Assembly (NCBI GenBank): GCA_964016885.1
Contig: OZ024743.1
Location: forward strand, 265,856,001-265,920,000
Reading direction: 5' to 3'
Source: Eledone cirrhosa
Lineage: Eukaryota
Length of the DNA: 64,000 nucleotides
A program made the translations under genes and the position numbers. Positions within the stretch are counted from its first letter, which is position 1, and every line of letters begins with the position of its first letter. The notes under the pieces are model-generated. The model searched no databases and was not told where the DNA came from. It worked only from the letters and a program-made list of their open reading frames with translations. Of this stretch, positions 59,312 through 64,000 are shown piece after piece.

Positions 59312-59327
59312 AATAAATAAATAAATG

Positions 59328-59516
59328 GGCGGTGGATTGGCAGTATCGGTAGAAGGTCGGAAGCCATGCTTTTCACCATAGTTACGTCCCTTTACGATCT
59401 TAGTTCAAATCCCGCCTAGGTTGACTTTGCCTTTCATCCTTATGGGGTCGATAAAATAAAGTACCAGTAATGCACTGGCTAATTGCTGGCCTTGTGCCTA
59501 AAGTAGAAACAATTAT
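59328..59516 (+). mobile_element. Full-length tRNA-derived SINE
   Basis: Closely matches 36762-36950 over its full length. Confidence 0.88.
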
Positions 59517-59927
59517 ATTAAATAAATGGAAACTATATTTATAAAACCATATTTATTTTATTATATATATTTCAAGGGCAACCAAGACACCATTGGTGCG
59601 CTTTCATCAGATAAAATACAAAGTTTGTTTTATAAATAGGGACGTATCCATGAAAATCATACCTTATCGGTGGGAAATTTAAAAAATTCTTATTTTTATT
59701 TTTTTTTTTTTTACTTTTTAAAAAAGGTTCCCAAATTTGTAATATTCTTTAATATTTTTTAATAACATTTTTAATTTCTTTTATTAGATTTATAACCACT
59801 AACTAATTCAGGCTCAATATATCTTTCAACATTTATATCTTTAAAATTTAAACTTATTTTGACAAAATGGTCTCATAATAACTATTAAATAAACAAAACT
59901 GGTGCTTTTTCCGTATGTTCCCTATTT

Positions 59928-59994
<67 letters not shown>

Positions 59995-60013
59995 TTGTGT
60001 GTGTATATTTGTA

Positions 60014-60087
<74 letters not shown>

Positions 60088-60822
60088 AATATAAATATTC
60101 TTATTAACTCAGTTAACATAATTGCTTACATTAAATATAAACCAATATCCCTCATAACTCATTAAAACAATTATCTATAACACGTTATACCCATCTTTGC
60201 ATTTATTTATCTATTTATTGATGTGTTCTTTTATTGTTCTATTTATTTTGCCATCTACTTATAACAGTAAATATTATATTAGAAAAGAATTCTAACAACT
60301 AAATAATAGTAAATATACGTACCATTAGTAGATATTTACTTAAAATGTAGTCCCACATATTTACGTTACATGTGTTCTATTCATCCTCTTGTAAATTACT
60401 TCTCTCTATCTATCTCATAATATTAATATATTTTCTCTCTCTCTCTTTTCCCTCTCTCTTTCTTCCCCATCTCTCTCCAGTATCATTTAAATAAACCGTT
60501 GTTTTTTTCAATTATTTACACATTCATTTGCATATTCACACATAAGTTTCCACTATCAAGTGAATTTCCAACCGATAAGGTATGATTTTCATGGGTACGT
60601 CTCTATTTATAAAACAAACTTTATATTTTATCTGATGAAAGTGCACCAATGGTATCTTGGTTGCCCTTGAAATATATATAATAAAATAAATATGGTTTTA
60701 TAAATATAGTTTCCATTTATTTAATATCATGGAATATTTACTCCAATAAACTGTTGAGTGCTCTAAATCAGTTATAAACATTTATGTTTGTCGGACTTCC
60801 AACAAATTAAATACAACTTCTA
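59515..60822 (+). mobile_element. Non-coding PLE-type 3' fragment with inverted 5' repeat, HHR in both arms
   Basis: 59515-59680 is inverted to ~60563-60727, followed by a tail to ~60822. HHR TATTTTAT-CTGATGA-[stem II]-GAAA-TATATA-TA-ATAAAATA at 60624-60688 (+) and 59554-59618 (-). Confidence 0.82.
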
Positions 60823-60826
60823 CATA

Positions 60827-60963
<137 letters not shown>

Positions 60964-61113
60964 ATACTTTGGGAGGGTCATGTTGCCAATAAGAAACACA
61001 CGCACCAGTTGCTTTCACTTCAATTTATTATATATTTATAAATTTACAAATTTATAAATTTATAAATTTCTCGTTGGTTGGTTGGTTCCACAACCAGATA
61101 GTTGTTTATATAT

Positions 61114-61158
61114 AGTCATAGTCCTTTCGTCACACACTATGTGACCTCTTCAGTGACT
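61114..61158 (-). ncRNA. Minimal type I hammerhead motif (family D)
   Basis: AGTCA-CTGAAGA-G-GTCACA TAGTG TGTGAC-GAAA-GGAC-TA-TGACT. One extra G precedes stem II. Confidence 0.55.
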
Positions 61159-61345
61159 GGGGATTCCTTTCTTTGTTTCTGTGCCTCTCCTTTATTCTGT
61201 CCTACGCCATTTTGTTTCTGTGTGTGTGTTGTGTGCTCAGTCTGTGTGTGTTTCTTATTGGCAACATGACCCTCCCAAAGTATAACAATATCGGTTTCAA
61301 CACACGATTTCAGATAAAGAATCTTGCTAAACAAATTCAGAAAAG

Positions 61346-61434
<89 letters not shown>

Positions 61435-61670
61435 GTCCAGTTACTGCTGGTTCACCAGAGAGAGCACTCGGTGCGTAGATTCCAGTAGGTATATTGATGT
61501 TGTAATAAGCAGAGTGCAATACTAGTGGTAAAAAGCGCGAAGTGTTAGGTCTTCATTAAGTTTAATAAGTTGTGATGCGCGTTTCACGATTGATCTGCGC
61601 AAGGTTAGATCTGTATTGATTTGGCCGAACTCTGGAATCAAAAGATCGTCGGACTTATGTTATAAAAATG

Positions 61671-61741
<71 letters not shown>

Positions 61742-61742
<1 letters not shown>

Positions 61743-64000
61743 AAAAAGTATGACTCCGACGGCAGAGCTCAAGCCGTTTCGACGGCTATTTCTCGACTAA
61801 ATTAGAATGTTTAGCCTGGTGAATAAATAGCCGAACTTGTCAAGGTGGTACTTCCTTATATGGGAAGATTGTAGTTGTCAAGAGTATTGGTTAACATTTG
61901 TTGTAAATACAAATAACTCTATCATGGCATTTGGTGGGAGGTATGGGTGGCTGAACTTGCCTGTAGAACAATAGGGGCCGGTCAAACGTTGAAAGTGATA
62001 TGTATACAGCAGATTCTAAGGATAGTGTATGAAACGGAGGAGGCAGGTTATAGAATAGGTAATTCGAATGAGAGTAGGAGACAATAAAAGAGAATAGAAA
62101 GAAATAAAAAATATTTAAAATTAGATAGTGAGAAATGTATAAACGGTGCTGTGAGAAATGAATAAAAAAAATCACAATGCTATCTTACAATTAGGTTAAT
62201 AAGTTGATAATAGAAAAAAATTGTAGAAATTAAAGGGGTCTAACACATCTGCTATAAGTAGTTAGTAAAATTCTATCTCAAAATTACAGGGGGGTGGGAC
62301 TGATGCTACAGAGGCCCGATGTCCCGATGTGTTGCATCGGGGCAGGCGAAAGGGAAAAGTAGACCAGGAAGAAAATAGGGGTGGAAGGAAGTGATAGAAT
62401 GAGACAGGGGGAAGAAGAAGACATAGAGGAAAATAAAAGCGATACATCTACCTATGTAAGCTGGGGTTTCCCCTAACATATTCGGCAAGTATGTGTGTGT
62501 GTGGGGGGGGGGATCAGCCCTTGTCTACCAACACGGGTCGTTATGGGGTTTGAGGGCGAGGTAAGTGCTACGCTATCTGTGTTTGCATGCGGTTACCAGT
62601 TCTTCTTTCTTGTTTAGGGGTTGGTCCTTCGAAAACAGCATTTGTAATGTTTCCTCCGAGCATAAGTTACACGGACGGCGTCCTCCCGTGTAAGAGTTAG
62701 CTCTGGACAGTAAGCTCCAAGTGAGATTGTAGGTTATATTATTATCTTGTAGGTCCCAGATGAGGCCCGAAATTGTAGTGGCATATCGCCGGACCGGGAT
62801 TCGGAAAGTATGTCGGCGTTGGAAGAGCCCAGTCTTGAAGTCACACGCGATTAATCTTATATAAGCTTTGTTGGAGGTGTCCGTCCTCACGTTGCACTAG
62901 TAGATCACATTACGTTCTCGGCATTTGTTGTTGTAGGGGCACGTAGATCTATGAGGGCAGTTACACCTCCTGATCGGCTCTCCACTGATGTCTAGGTTGT
63001 TTCTTCCATAGGGGTTGAGCTTTTTGTTGTTTGAGGAGACGATGTTTTGTGCGAAGTTAGGTGTGGTGTTGTAGGAGAGTTTGATGGTGTTTTTGTTATT
63101 ATGTTCTGGTAGTAGTGTTGTAGTGGGAAGTGTTTTTCGAGGCGCCTAATGAAGATTTTTTTCCGATAGGTGTTGCCACCTCAGCATTATCGGGAGGATA
63201 GAACCACATTACTTTGCGTGAGTGGCGGTGTCGCCTGCTGGTTCCGCTAAGGGAAGCTGGATAAAAGGATATTTCCTCCCGGAAGCCACTCCGCTTGAGG
63301 GACTGTTTGCAATGAGGAGCATGTTCGTCAAATATCTGCTCATTAGCGGACAAACGAGATATACGGAGGGAGATGTTTTTAACCAGGTTATTTGTGATGT
63401 TTCTAGGATGGTTAGAGCGGCGGTGGATGTAGTGCAGGTTGTCGTTTGGTTTCCTGTATGGATAGTACAGATCATTTTCGAGGTTAAGTGTAACGACCAG
63501 GAGATTGACTCGGGTTAATGACGTTTGTAGGGTGATTTTAAATCCCCAGTCCCGGAAGAAGTCGATTAGTTGTTTACGGACCCGGTCTGTACTACTGGTG
63601 TTGTACCATTTGAGGGTGAGGATCCCATCATCCCGGTACAATCCACCGCCGAATGCAGGAAACATTTCGGTGAGTTTAAATAATATGAATTATCCTATAT
63701 CTGTGACCTCGGCCAAATCCGTCGCGCCCATACTGACGTTGAAGGGGGAGTCGGGAGCTCTCTTTTCCACTTGAAGTTGTCAAAAAGTAGGACTGTCTTC
63801 CTGGCGTGGAGAATGATATTTCTTTCCTGGTCAGTGATGGGTGTGAGTGTTTCGGAAAGTCCAAGGCGGCCGTAAGGAGCGGTAAGGTAATAGATGCATA
63901 TTAACTCTCTATGTCAAACTGGATGAATGTTGTGTCTCGTTTGTGTTTACAACACATTTTAACCAATCCTCTTGACAACTACAATCTTCCCATATAAGGA
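61742..64000 (-). mobile_element. Degenerate PLE (RT, CxCx5C, GIY-YIG, 3' UTR with U3-A8 HHR), running off the window end
   Basis: GGLYRDDG, YRKPND, YNTTPNF, CNCPHRSTC, CNLCSEE, LNKKEE, with frameshifts. HHR CACC-TTGACAA-[CGGCTATTT/AAATAGCCG]-GAAA-CGGC../..GCCG-TC-GGAG at 61754-61847. Confidence 0.9.

Overview
AT-rich, microsatellite-saturated animal DNA. The SINE and retroelement content resembles an octopus/cephalopod genome (inference, no database check). The only host coding sequence found is four small + strand exons (5683-5770, 14407-14531, 19145-19294, 37969-38062). They splice in phase into one complete CUB domain plus the start of a second, so most or all of the window is probably intron of a multi-CUB gene. 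The introns hold a young, near full-length Penelope-like element (PLE; 53609-59200, - strand, RT + GIY-YIG, 531-bp direct terminal repeat), four more PLE remnants, two internally deleted Helitrons, tRNA-derived SINEs and LINE fragments. The most striking feature is a dense set of non-coding elements inserted in (TA)n tracts that carry type I hammerhead-ribozyme (HHR) motifs. There are about 20 motifs from roughly ten sequence families, arranged as retrozyme-like tandem monomers (319, ~465, 627 nt) or as fold-back hairpins. Three unrelated families replace the C3-G8 core pair with a compensatory U3-A8 (UUGANAA). All ribozyme calls were folded by eye and need computational and experimental confirmation. 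Nearly all ORFs in the supplied track are microsatellite artefacts.
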